A DNA stretch of 64,000 nucleotides from a virus. Below are positions 29,977 through 40,258 of this stretch, in pieces; the first letter of the stretch is position 1; each line of letters begins with the position of its first letter. Where the stretch lies: IMG/VR virus record IMGVR_UViG_3300042561_002100, positions 115,527-179,526 of that record; one strand, written 5' to 3'. A program made the translations under genes and the position numbers. A model generated the notes under the pieces. It was not told the origin of the DNA. It saw only the letters and a program-made list of their open reading frames with translations, and ran no database searches.

Positions 29977-32900
29977 ATGAGTCTAAATCGGCTAGAAAAT
30001 TTTTTAAGAACAGCAAAAGGAACAGTAATATACGTTAATGTTGACGGTCTAGATGCCACCGATAGCATTGAGAATACTGGTACATCATTAGCTAGACCTT
30101 TTAAAACACCTCAACGAGCAATTATTGAAGCCGTTAGATATAGCTACATTTCAGGTACCAATAACGACCTTTACGGTAATACAACAATTATTGTCTTTCC
30201 TGGACAATATGATATAGACGATAGACCTGGAGTTCTAGTAAAGAACGATGGGTCTTTGTTATTGAGAAGCAGTCAATCAACAACTCTTACTGAATGGAAA
30301 ACTAATACTAATTTCAATCTTTACGATTCTGCTAATCAATTATACAAACTCAATTCAGTTTATGGTGGAGTTATCGTTCCAAGAGGAACGACAATTTGGT
30401 GTTACGATTCAAGAAAGACAGTATTTCGTCCACTTTATGTTCCTAGTCCAACCAATAATAACATAGAAAGAAGTTGTGTATTTCGTAGAAGTGCTGGATC
30501 TGTTTTAGAAAATCTAGCATTTAGAGATGCAGATCCTAACGGATTCTGCTATAAAGATTATACTGTCACTAAGTTCTCTCCAAATTTTTCACATCATAAA
30601 CTTGATTGTTATCAAGATGTTGATGGTGTTAATAATGTGATCATTCAAGATAATTTTCTCAATGTAACAACGTCTAGAACCGATCTAGAAATGTATTATG
30701 AGAAAATTTCACTTGTTTATGGTTTATCATCTGGTAGAGAAATTCAAGATGCAATTTATTCTACCACGATTTCTGTTGATATTCAACCTGTTATTGATGA
30801 GTTTCGGATTATTAGTTCAACTGGAAAAGAAGTTGGAATTACATCTATTCGGGCTGGTGATGGAGTTACTCCAAATAATACAATTACGGTTACTTTAGAA
30901 GAACCAACGGAAGATCTGAATATTGATACACCAATTCAAATAAGTGGTGTTGGTGTTGCAGGTTATGATGGACAAAATATTGTTTCCTCTGTTATTAGTT
31001 CTTCTCAGATCCAATATAGATCATCCATTACACCGAGTAATGCATTACCGTCTTCTGTGGGTGCATCACTTAATATCATCGTAGATAGCATCACTTCCGA
31101 TTCACCACTGATTAAAAATAATACTCTCAGAAGTGTCTATGGAATGTGTGGCTATTATGGAAATGGTGATAACGTTTCAGGCTTTAAGAGTTTTATTGTT
31201 GACCAATTTGAAGGAATAAGCCTACAAAAAGATGACAATGCCTTCGTCAAATATGATTATAGTAGTGGAACTTATAAAGACTCAACTGCTATCACAAATC
31301 TTCATAGTGATCCAGATGCTCGTTATAAACCCGATTATGAGCATTACTTTTTACGAATTGCTAATGACACTTCCGCCGATGTTAATTCATGTAGTGCAAC
31401 AGGATTTGCTCAACAATACTCAGTGAATTCTGGATCTGAGATTAATATGAATGCATCAAGATCCAAATATGGAGCAAAGGCATTAGTTGCAGAAGGATTT
31501 AAAAAACAAGCGTATTCATATGATGATAATGGTTATCTTGTGGGAGTAGTTCCACCAAAGTTCGTTTCATCAGAAACAACCAATTTTTATTTTGGTTCTT
31601 TTGATGTTGGTCTTACTACTTCCGTTGGTAATAGTGCAAGACTTTATATCGCAAATGAAAAGAATTTTTATGCTCCTCCTGAACATAATCTTTTTGGTTA
31701 TAATATTGGTGCTAAAAGGGGTGAAATTATTAAAGTGGAATTATCCAATAATACCACAGTTGGAATTTATACCGCAAGTGTTCTGATTCCTTCAACTAAT
31801 TTAACATCGGAAAAAGTTTACTATGTTCCAAGAATCAATAACAACACAGAAAATTCTATCTTTAATAATGCGATTGATTTAACATCTTCTCATAATCTTA
31901 TTACGGGCGAAAAGATTAGAGTTTTTTCTGAAAATGGTCATCTTCCCGATGGATTGACCTCAAATAAAGTTGGTTACGCGATCACAACAGGATTACTTTC
32001 AACTAAAGTCAAAGTCGCCGAGACTTATAATGATGCGCTTGCAAATGTTCCATTAAATATAAACAGAAAAGGTGGAAATCTTACTGTTGTCAGTAGAGTG
32101 GCGGATAAAAAGCCGGGTGAAATCGGACATCCAATTCAATGGGATTCTGGTAATGCTAATTGGTATATTGGTGTAAATACAAACAATTCAATTTATAACC
32201 AATTAAATTCTCTTGGTACTTCGGTTTTAGGTAATTATACGCCTTCATTTTATGTTGAACGTGTTGTTGATACTAGATCTGATGATGAGAAGATCTTTAA
32301 ATTTAGATATATTATTCCGTCAAATACTACGGAATCAAGCAGACTACCATTAAAATCCTTCATTCTTCAAGAGTCTAATGATGTGGTATTGGATTCGGTT
32401 GAAATGGGCAAGTATTTTTCTTCTACTGTATCAACTCTTATTTCACCCGAAGAGCTAAGAAACTCTCACTATATTTCAGATGTGACTTGGAGTTCAAACG
32501 TTGCGACATTAAAAACCGAACTTCCATCAGATGTTACTATTGGTTCTAAGATTGAACTTGTTAATTTTATTGGTGGAGTTCATACTGTTTCTTCTGTTAT
32601 CAATAACAAAAAATTTACTATTCCATTATCAACAAATCCTGGAGCATTCAATAAAGACACGACAACCAGAAATCAAAATCTACCATACTTTAAAAAATTA
32701 GAAACTACTAATACTTATAAAATTCATGAGGTCAAAGAACTTCAAGAATACATTTATAATAAACAAGATGGTGTTTATGATTTAACTGTAATTAATACAT
32801 CAAATTCCCCAACAGTATCACCATTCACCGATCTTAAGTTCCCCCAACCAATAAAAAATCTTTATCCAATAAGTGATGTTGATAATCTAGAATCGGATCC

Positions 32901-34413
32901 TAAAGCCACAGCTTCTTTCGCGCTTCCAGATAAAATCGGACAGGTTATTGTAAATAATGAATCATTCTCATTAACTAAAGAAACTCGCAATAAACTAGCA
33001 GAAGACTTCCAATATGGAATAAAGGTTTCAAATATCGTTTCTAACTTAGCGGGGATTGCTCATACTTTCACCACTGAAGTATCTCACAACTTTAGAGGAA
33101 TTACTAACTTTAGTATTCTGAATGTTGGTAGTAATTATGTTCCAGGAACTTATTATGGTGCTGATGTTATTGCTAGTAGTGGAAGTGGAAGAAATGCCAA
33201 CGTCAGACTAACCGTTAGTGGTGCAGGTACGGTCAGTGATCTGGAGATAATGGATTCAGGTTGTGCTTATTGTGTTGGTGATATTGCGACTCTTATTCCT
33301 TCTGCTGGTATCGGAACCACTACAGGTTTCACTCCTGCCACTATTCTTGTTACGAATGTTGTTGATAATATAAACGATACTCTTTATCTTGTAGATAATC
33401 TTATTCCTTTTAGAATAACTGTTATTGAGGATCACAATAAAATTCAAGTTGCTTCTCCTACTGTTGCTGTGGGACTTAATACATCTTATTGTTTATCTGC
33501 AGGAAAAGCGGTTCTAATTAATAATTTTTCTTATAATGCTTCTTCTGGTATTGCAACAGCAACGTGTGCGATTGCTCATGGTAACACTTTAGATGAAACA
33601 ATTAGATTAGGAGGATTTGATAGTGATTATTTCAATAAAGAAGCTGTCGTTATTGACACTCCTACAGTACAATCTCTGGTTGTTAATATTGGTAAAGATG
33701 GAGTATCCTTACCAACTACTGGTACTCGTTATATCTATCCAACAATAACAGCTAATAACAACAAGCCTTATTATTCTTATGCAGGAATAACAACAAACAT
33801 TAGTAGTGCACTAACTTCTGAATCAAATGTAGACGTTTTGACGATTGATAATGCAGTGAATGCTGGATTGAATATTGGTGATTTTATAAAAGTCAATGAT
33901 GAAATTTTTAGAGTTAAATCCGACATCACATCAAATAATGTCTCTGTTTTTCGGGCACAAATGGGAACTGTTAGACAAACTCATTCGGTTAATTCTGTAG
34001 TCAAAAAAATCAAAATAGTTCCAATTGAACTTAGAAAGAGTTCTACGATTAATACCACTTCTCATATTTTTGAATCTGTTGGATTTGGGCCAGGTAACTA
34101 TTCAACCTCAATTCCAGATAGAGTAAATAAAACACTAACTGAGGAAGAAAAATCTATCGCACAGTATCATATGATTAATGGTGGAACTGTTACTCAAGAT
34201 ATTCCTGAAGTTAATAATTTAATTCCAGAATATTATACTGATACTCCTTATATTACCCTTCAAGGAAGATCAATCGGAGTAGGAACAACAACACCCTCTA
34301 GTGGAAATTATGGTGATATTATTTACAGTGTAAATCCTAAGAGCGGGAATTATGTTGGATGGACTTATACAATTGAAAATAAATGGAAAGGATTCGGCAT
34401 AATTGGATCTTAA
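29977..34413 (+). CDS. Large virion structural/tail-associated protein
   Basis: 1478 aa beta-rich; DATDSIEN.G.S..RPFKT.QRA.IE; late promoter at 29943. Confidence 0.75.
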   Translation: MSLNRLENFLRTAKGTVIYVNVDGLDATDSIENTGTSLARPFKTPQRAIIEAVRYSYISGTNNDLYGNTTIIVFPGQYDIDDRPGVLVKNDGSLLLRSSQSTTLTEWKTNTNFNLYDSANQLYKLNSVYGGVIVPRGTTIWCYDSRKTVFRPLYVPSPTNNNIERSCVFRRSAGSVLENLAFRDADPNGFCYKDYTVTKFSPNFSHHKLDCYQDVDGVNNVIIQDNFLNVTTSRTDLEMYYEKISLVYGLSSGREIQDAIYSTTISVDIQPVIDEFRIISSTGKEVGITSIRAGDGVTPNNTITVTLEEPTEDLNIDTPIQISGVGVAGYDGQNIVSSVISSSQIQYRSSITPSNALPSSVGASLNIIVDSITSDSPLIKNNTLRSVYGMCGYYGNGDNVSGFKSFIVDQFEGISLQKDDNAFVKYDYSSGTYKDSTAITNLHSDPDARYKPDYEHYFLRIANDTSADVNSCSATGFAQQYSVNSGSEINMNASRSKYGAKALVAEGFKKQAYSYDDNGYLVGVVPPKFVSSETTNFYFGSFDVGLTTSVGNSARLYIANEKNFYAPPEHNLFGYNIGAKRGEIIKVELSNNTTVGIYTASVLIPSTNLTSEKVYYVPRINNNTENSIFNNAIDLTSSHNLITGEKIRVFSENGHLPDGLTSNKVGYAITTGLLSTKVKVAETYNDALANVPLNINRKGGNLTVVSRVADKKPGEIGHPIQWDSGNANWYIGVNTNNSIYNQLNSLGTSVLGNYTPSFYVERVVDTRSDDEKIFKFRYIIPSNTTESSRLPLKSFILQESNDVVLDSVEMGKYFSSTVSTLISPEELRNSHYISDVTWSSNVATLKTELPSDVTIGSKIELVNFIGGVHTVSSVINNKKFTIPLSTNPGAFNKDTTTRNQNLPYFKKLETTNTYKIHEVKELQEYIYNKQDGVYDLTVINTSNSPTVSPFTDLKFPQPIKNLYPISDVDNLESDPKATASFALPDKIGQVIVNNESFSLTKETRNKLAEDFQYGIKVSNIVSNLAGIAHTFTTEVSHNFRGITNFSILNVGSNYVPGTYYGADVIASSGSGRNANVRLTVSGAGTVSDLEIMDSGCAYCVGDIATLIPSAGIGTTTGFTPATILVTNVVDNINDTLYLVDNLIPFRITVIEDHNKIQVASPTVAVGLNTSYCLSAGKAVLINNFSYNASSGIATATCAIAHGNTLDETIRLGGFDSDYFNKEAVVIDTPTVQSLVVNIGKDGVSLPTTGTRYIYPTITANNNKPYYSYAGITTNISSALTSESNVDVLTIDNAVNAGLNIGDFIKVNDEIFRVKSDITSNNVSVFRAQMGTVRQTHSVNSVVKKIKIVPIELRKSSTINTTSHIFESVGFGPGNYSTSIPDRVNKTLTEEEKSIAQYHMINGGTVTQDIPEVNNLIPEYYTDTPYITLQGRSIGVGTTTPSSGNYGDIIYSVNPKSGNYVGWTYTIENKWKGFGIIGS

Positions 34414-34453
34414 GGCTAAATATTAAAAAGAGTGGAAAAGCGGAAACTCTACA

Positions 34454-35647
34454 ATGCCAAATAAGAATTTTATAGTAAAGAACGGAATTGAGGTTGATGG
34501 TAATCTCATTTTCGCGGATCCTGATACTAATAAAGTAGGAATAAAAACATCCACGCCAACTGTAGAACTAGATGTAAGCGGTGATATTAGATCTAATAAC
34601 TTAACGGTTAGCGATGTATTATCTCTTTATGGTAACATCGCAATTAATGGTGAGTTAGGCGAAGTTGGTTCCTTTCTTTCTGTAACAGGATCGGGTGTTA
34701 CTTGGAGTCCTATTCCGGGATTAAGAACGGTTGCATCCATTGTCGCAGCTCCAGGGCAAACATTAATTAATGCTGTTTATAATCCTTCAACTGGAGTTGA
34801 TGTTTTCGTTGATGGAGTTAGACTAACGTCAACAGATTATACCGCGAATACTGGAACCGAAATTGTATTAGCTGTTTCTCTTTTTGGTGGGGAGCGAGTA
34901 GATATTATTGCATATTCTGTTTTTGGTACAGATGGTCCGGGAATCACTATTGAAAATAATTCAACACAAGTTGGTTTATCTAATGTCATAAGTACCATCA
35001 ATTTTGTTGGATTTAGTAGTATTTCTTTATCTGAAGATGGATTTGGTATAACGCTTGAAAATTCACCCGAAAATTATTATAATTTGGGTGTGAAAAATGA
35101 AATAAGATTTTATGAAAATACATTAAGTTGCCCCGATTATATTTCTCTCAAGGCACCCGGTATATTAACATCCACATCTTCTTATCAGCTGCCTGATAAT
35201 TATCCGGTGGGAAATGAATATTATTTGTCTTCAAGTTCTGTTGGTATTATGACTTGGAAACAAAAAACGGACACAACGATTATACCATTAACATCCGAGA
35301 CCAAAATTTTGGAGGTGAGCACATTAACAACTATACCATATTGGCCAGAAAATACATTTTTGTCATCGCAACCAATATGGATGGTAAATACGGCAGCTAC
35401 CGGCTCTGAAATTATTTTTGATATTAGAATTAATAATTCGTCTATCTTTTCAGTATTACCAACTATAGATCAGGTTGAAAACAGTAGTGCTACTGCTGCT
35501 ATTCCATCTTCATTTTCAACTTCTTTTGTTAATAATAACAAAATGATTTCAATTGGATCCACTGTCACCTTCCATTGTGTTGGTATCGGAAGCACATATG
35601 CCGGTAGTGGAGCAAAGGTAAATATTTATAGTTTTAGTAGTCAATAA
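34454..35647 (+). CDS. Tail fibre-like protein
   Basis: NKNFIVKNGIEV; VGIKTSTP; VDVFVDGVRL..DY; late promoter at 34416. Confidence 0.7.
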   Translation: MPNKNFIVKNGIEVDGNLIFADPDTNKVGIKTSTPTVELDVSGDIRSNNLTVSDVLSLYGNIAINGELGEVGSFLSVTGSGVTWSPIPGLRTVASIVAAPGQTLINAVYNPSTGVDVFVDGVRLTSTDYTANTGTEIVLAVSLFGGERVDIIAYSVFGTDGPGITIENNSTQVGLSNVISTINFVGFSSISLSEDGFGITLENSPENYYNLGVKNEIRFYENTLSCPDYISLKAPGILTSTSSYQLPDNYPVGNEYYLSSSSVGIMTWKQKTDTTIIPLTSETKILEVSTLTTIPYWPENTFLSSQPIWMVNTAATGSEIIFDIRINNSSIFSVLPTIDQVENSSATAAIPSSFSTSFVNNNKMISIGSTVTFHCVGIGSTYAGSGAKVNIYSFSSQ

Positions 35648-35681
35648 ATAGAAATTAAAGTTTACAATGGGGATAATTTAG

Positions 35682-37106
35682 ATGGGTATTCGTTATTGGG
35701 GATCTAATATATCAGAGCCCTTTTCTACATTATGGGTAAGTCGTCTTACTACAGCGACACGATCACCACAGGCTAATGGTGGCGGAAAAGGTTCAATTGT
35801 GGCTGGTAACGGTGGTAGTTCATTTGAAGTATTTTGGTTTGAAGCTGTAGGAGGAACAGCTGTTAGGGTAGCAGTCGTAAAACGTGATATTAAAGGTTTT
35901 ATAACTTGGTCGCGTTGGACTTCTGCAGAATTTGGAGATACCGTAACAAGTCGCGATAATTATGACCCGCAAGTATTGCCATTATCTGATGGTGGTTGTG
36001 TTGTATTTTGCAAGGGTGTTGCTAGTGGTACGACAATATCAGCATGGCGGTTAGATGCAAGTGGCAATCAAACATGGCGACAAGATTATACAGGTAGTTT
36101 AATTGGTGCCGTTAGGGTTGCATTAAATGGTTCTGAAATTATAGTTTTAACAGCTGCTAGTGTATTGCTTCCCGGTAATTTTTCACGTTGGCAGCCAGCA
36201 GTATTAAGACTTGCGGTTAGTAATGGTGCAGTATTGGGCTGCAATGCGTATCGTATTGATAGTTCAGTTAGCAATATTACGCCAAATAGCAGGGATGATC
36301 TTTTTGCCTTATCCTCTGGTTCGGTTATGTTAAAAGTTAGTGATGCTTACTTTCTTGAAACCAATGCTGCTGGCACAAGTGTAACCAATAGCGTTATTTT
36401 TTCTGGATCTGATTCTGGTGGTACTATGTTTGGTCCTGCTGCGTTATTGCCTAGCGGTGGCTACTTGTGTCGTGATGATGATCAAACACTTGTCAAGTTA
36501 GATTCTAGTTTCAATATTACAGATAGATATAAACACTCTAATGCGATGCAAACTGGTGGTAAATTCTGGGGGCTTCAAACACTTGCATTGGCAGTAAATA
36601 CTTCTGGTGAAGGTTGGGCATTATCATATGGTTTTGGTTCTGGTGAGTTTTTAGGCATTGGTTTCAAAATAGTAAAATTTACATCTAATGGTGCAACACC
36701 ATCGGTTTATAATGAGGTCGCCTATGGTTCAAATATCGGTGGACCACAGCTAACGGTGGGATGCGACATTGATCTAATCAATGAATATGGTTTTACTCGT
36801 GTTATTGGTTCTATTAGTCAAAGTGCCAGCTGTCGTATTACCACATTGGGTTTCAACTTAAATCAACCGACAAGCACTGCTAGTAATACAACACCGGCGG
36901 CTACATTAGATACCGGATCATGTAGTAATACGATGAGTGTAAGGGGATGGGATGCTGTAACTTATTCCACTGTCACACCAGATACAATAACTAGAACAAC
37001 TGTAACGACCACTGTTACGGCTATTACAATCACCGACGCAACGGGTTCTATCAACTTGGTAGACGCTTCTAGTACACTCACCTGGTCTCGTTCTGAATTA
37101 ATATGA
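35682..37106 (+). CDS. Putative tail-associated/receptor-binding protein, elevated GC
   Basis: Beta-rich with propeller-like W/D periodicity; between fibre genes; late promoter at 35644. Confidence 0.5.
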   Translation: MGIRYWGSNISEPFSTLWVSRLTTATRSPQANGGGKGSIVAGNGGSSFEVFWFEAVGGTAVRVAVVKRDIKGFITWSRWTSAEFGDTVTSRDNYDPQVLPLSDGGCVVFCKGVASGTTISAWRLDASGNQTWRQDYTGSLIGAVRVALNGSEIIVLTAASVLLPGNFSRWQPAVLRLAVSNGAVLGCNAYRIDSSVSNITPNSRDDLFALSSGSVMLKVSDAYFLETNAAGTSVTNSVIFSGSDSGGTMFGPAALLPSGGYLCRDDDQTLVKLDSSFNITDRYKHSNAMQTGGKFWGLQTLALAVNTSGEGWALSYGFGSGEFLGIGFKIVKFTSNGATPSVYNEVAYGSNIGGPQLTVGCDIDLINEYGFTRVIGSISQSASCRITTLGFNLNQPTSTASNTTPAATLDTGSCSNTMSVRGWDAVTYSTVTPDTITRTTVTTTVTAITITDATGSINLVDASSTLTWSRSELI

Positions 37107-37157
37107 TAACTCTCATAAATAGACATATTAATATGTCTCATAACATTCTAACAGCCG

Positions 37158-38882
37158 ATGCAATATTCTAATAGAGAACTTTCACAATTTGCCTATTTTT
37201 TGAAGGTAAATGATACTAATCAAAAAATTGCAATAACTACAACAGCGACACCTTTTGTTGGAATCGGCTCAACTAATCCAACAGAAAAATTAGATGTTTA
37301 TGGTAATATTAAAGCGAGTGGTATTGTTAGTGCTATGGCTTTTTATGGTGATGGTTCAACATTAAATAATGTTACTGCTGTGGTGAATGGTTATTTTGTT
37401 TCAACTGTTGCTGGAATATGGACTGGATCTAATGTTGGAATCGGAACCAGCACATTTGATCACAAATTAAATGTTGGTGGAAATGTTTCAGCGAATAGAT
37501 TTATATCATATGCTCCACAGGGAACTGCACCATTTCAAGTATTCTCTAATACGGTTGTATCTAATCTTAATGCGACATTTTTAAACGGTAGATCCGCGCC
37601 GAGTGGTAATATAGTTGGTACTGGTGATTCACAGACCTTAACAAATAAGACACTAATAAATCCCATTATATCAGCAGTTAATAATGGTAATGCAATTTTA
37701 ACAATTCCCACAACTTCAGGTATTCTTGTTCATACGAATGCTTCCGGTATTTTAACAAGTGGTCTTTATTCTTCAGGTAGTATTAATAATATTCATATAG
37801 CCGTTGGTGCGGGTATTTCTTATAGTAAATTAAACTTAACGAATACTATTAATAATTCTGATATTGCTGTTGGTGCAGCTATCAGTTATTCAAAACTTAG
37901 TCTCAGTAATACAATTCGTTCATCTGATATTGATCCTAATAACAAAATTCAAAACGGAAAATTAGTAAATAGCACAATTTCTGGTGTTTCACTTGGAAGT
38001 AATCTTAATCCGTTGGAAGCTGGAAATTATCTAAATGGTGATAATTATGATGGTTCTTCCCAAATTACTTTTGATGTTGATGCGAGCACTGATAATGTTG
38101 GAGGAACACTTGTAGCAAGAGATAGTGAAGGTGATATTACTGGTAATAATTTACACTTAAAAAATATATTTGGAACTGGGGATTTACAACTTACTACTGA
38201 TGGTGAAGACTATAGTTCATATCTTCTTTCTGGCGTACCACCACCAGATTCAATTGGTGCGAAGATTAAATATGTTGTTGATCAAGAGGGTAGCATTTTT
38301 GTTAATGGTGGCCCCGATGGGGTTTGGGTTTTTCATAATGTTGCCAGAACCGCCAATAGAACCATATCATTTGCTTTGGCCAATGAATCTTTAAGTGGTT
38401 ATGATACATTTTTTAGAATGTATCGGAATCAATCAAACGGTTCAAAGAATGTTGAATGTCCAACACCGGGAACTATTTTTACAGTTAATGGAACCAAAAA
38501 CTTTAAAATCACACATCCACTAGATGATAAAAAGTTCTTAACGCATGTATCAATTGAAGGACCCAGAGCAGATCTAATTTATAGAGGGTTAGTGAAATTA
38601 AATAATGGTTCGGCTATTATTAATCTTGATAATGAATATAATCTAACACCGGGAACTTTTGATGCTCTATGTAGGAATCCTCAGGTGTGGATTTCTAATA
38701 TTGATGGTTGGGCGCAATGTAGAGGAAAAGTTGATAATGGAGTATTGATTATTGAAGCCATGAATAATAAGACAAATGAGAATGTAAATTGGATGGTTGT
38801 TGCAGAAAGACAAGATGTCGCAATGTATAATCCGGGTAGTGACGAGAACGGTAGACCGATTTTGGAGGAAGATAAATCATAA
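37158..38882 (+). CDS. Tail fibre protein
   Basis: VGIGSTNP..KLDV; AAISYSKL repeats; C-terminal KNFKITHP...HVSIEGP; late promoter at 37115. Confidence 0.8.
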   Translation: MQYSNRELSQFAYFLKVNDTNQKIAITTTATPFVGIGSTNPTEKLDVYGNIKASGIVSAMAFYGDGSTLNNVTAVVNGYFVSTVAGIWTGSNVGIGTSTFDHKLNVGGNVSANRFISYAPQGTAPFQVFSNTVVSNLNATFLNGRSAPSGNIVGTGDSQTLTNKTLINPIISAVNNGNAILTIPTTSGILVHTNASGILTSGLYSSGSINNIHIAVGAGISYSKLNLTNTINNSDIAVGAAISYSKLSLSNTIRSSDIDPNNKIQNGKLVNSTISGVSLGSNLNPLEAGNYLNGDNYDGSSQITFDVDASTDNVGGTLVARDSEGDITGNNLHLKNIFGTGDLQLTTDGEDYSSYLLSGVPPPDSIGAKIKYVVDQEGSIFVNGGPDGVWVFHNVARTANRTISFALANESLSGYDTFFRMYRNQSNGSKNVECPTPGTIFTVNGTKNFKITHPLDDKKFLTHVSIEGPRADLIYRGLVKLNNGSAIINLDNEYNLTPGTFDALCRNPQVWISNIDGWAQCRGKVDNGVLIIEAMNNKTNENVNWMVVAERQDVAMYNPGSDENGRPILEEDKS

Positions 38883-38928
38883 TACCATATGTACTTCTAT
38901 TTGTCAAGGTCTTGTATGACGATCAACA

Positions 38929-38974
38929 AAGTGGCATAATACCCATTGACATTTTAAGGAATCTGCTGTAGGAT
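38929..38974 (+). promoter_or_regulatory. Early promoter with upstream box
   Basis: AAGTGGCAT, then TTGACA-17-TAGGAT. Confidence 0.8.
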
Positions 38975-39022
38975 CAGCCTTGTCACCGATGATGAACATC
39001 TTGTATTTACTAATTACTACTA

Positions 39023-39229
39023 ATGAATAAGATACTAACAATCACTAATGGTACTGAATCAATTGATATTGAGTGTACTACTAAAATCAGAACAAGAGTC
39101 AGTGAAGAATGTTTTATTGCAATGAAGAATACAACATCTATTGATGTCAATAATATTATTCTACATGTACTTTTAGATGAAACTCAAATTATTATGGAAG
39201 AACGTAACAAATGGACATTATGCAAGTAA
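39023..39229 (+). CDS. Hypothetical protein
   Basis: ORF after early promoter. Confidence 0.55.
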   Translation: MNKILTITNGTESIDIECTTKIRTRVSEECFIAMKNTTSIDVNNIILHVLLDETQIIMEERNKWTLCK

Positions 39230-39450
39230 TTCAAGATTGGTATAACATTCTTCAAGATATTCGGAGTAATTATCAGTTCTTTCTTGATATTAATTCTGGA
39301 TGGTTAGAAATGGAATTCAAACATCTTTATGGTGATAATCCTACAGAAAAAGATTATTGGAATTGGATGTTGCGTAATGCTGAAACAGTCTATGTGTCTA
39401 ATGATTTTTATGAACTACTTCTAAATGAGAACAATAATAGCCGGAAGTAG
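39211..39450 (+). CDS. Hypothetical protein
   Basis: Overlapping operon ORF. Confidence 0.55.
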   Translation: MDIMQVIQDWYNILQDIRSNYQFFLDINSGWLEMEFKHLYGDNPTEKDYWNWMLRNAETVYVSNDFYELLLNENNNSRK

Positions 39451-39778
39451 AACCGCCACTGATATTAAAGATCTTATTGACGCAGTAGCTAAATGTGGAT
39501 GGAAAATAACAACAATTGTTTCCGGTAAAGCTAGAGGAGCCGATCATTTGGGTGAATTATGGGCAAATTATCATAATATTCCAATAGATGAATATCCTGC
39601 TGATTGGAAAAAGTATGGTAGATCTGCCGGACCAAGACGCAATATTGAAATGGCTGAAAATGCGGATGCTCTTATTGCTCTTTGGAATGGAGAAAGCAGA
39701 GGAACCAAACATATGATAGAAGCAGCAAAGAAAAAGAACCTAAAAGTTTATGTTCATATTATAGAGTGTGTCGGTTAA
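39425..39778 (+). CDS. SLOG-family (YspA/DUF2493-like) protein
   Basis: IIAGSR...SG.ARGAD.LGE.WA...W..YGRSAGP.RN.EM...ADALIA.W.G.SRGT..M. Confidence 0.88.
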   Translation: MRTIIAGSRTATDIKDLIDAVAKCGWKITTIVSGKARGADHLGELWANYHNIPIDEYPADWKKYGRSAGPRRNIEMAENADALIALWNGESRGTKHMIEAAKKKNLKVYVHIIECVG

Positions 39779-39780
39779 GA

Positions 39781-39824
39781 GACTGGCACACTCTTTTTAC
39801 GTCTAGCTGAGCTTCTGTTATTAT
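39781..39824 (+). promoter_or_regulatory. Early promoter with upstream box
   Basis: GACTGGCAC; TG-T-TATTAT at +38. Confidence 0.65.
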
Positions 39825-39856
39825 TGTTTTGTTAGTCATCCAATGATGTTGGATTT

Positions 39857-40258
39857 ATGAACAAACTTGAACAAGCTAGAGATCCAAACACACCACCAAA
39901 AGCCCTAGAACAACTAGCGACTGATGAGCATTATGGTGTTCGTTGGTTTGTAGCAGAAAATCCAAACACACCAATAAAAACTCTAGAACAATTAGCGACC
40001 GATAAGGATTCTTCGGTTCGTCGTGGTGTAGCATATAATCCAAACACTCCACCAAAAGCCTTAGAACAACTAGCGACCGATGAGGATCTTTATGTTCGTT
40101 GGTGGGTAGCACTAAATCCAAACACACCACCAACAATATTAGAAATTCTAGCGTCCGATGTTGCTTATTGTATTCGTGAAGGAGTAGCAGAAAACCCAAA
40201 CACACCACACTATATCAAAAAGTATCTTAAAATTCAAAAACAACTCCAAAAACTATGA
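39857..40258 (+). CDS. LRV/HEAT-like repeat protein, 4 units
   Basis: Repeat plus N- and C-caps; ATGA overlap with the helicase. Confidence 0.9.
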   Translation: MNKLEQARDPNTPPKALEQLATDEHYGVRWFVAENPNTPIKTLEQLATDKDSSVRRGVAYNPNTPPKALEQLATDEDLYVRWWVALNPNTPPTILEILASDVAYCIREGVAENPNTPHYIKKYLKIQKQLQKL

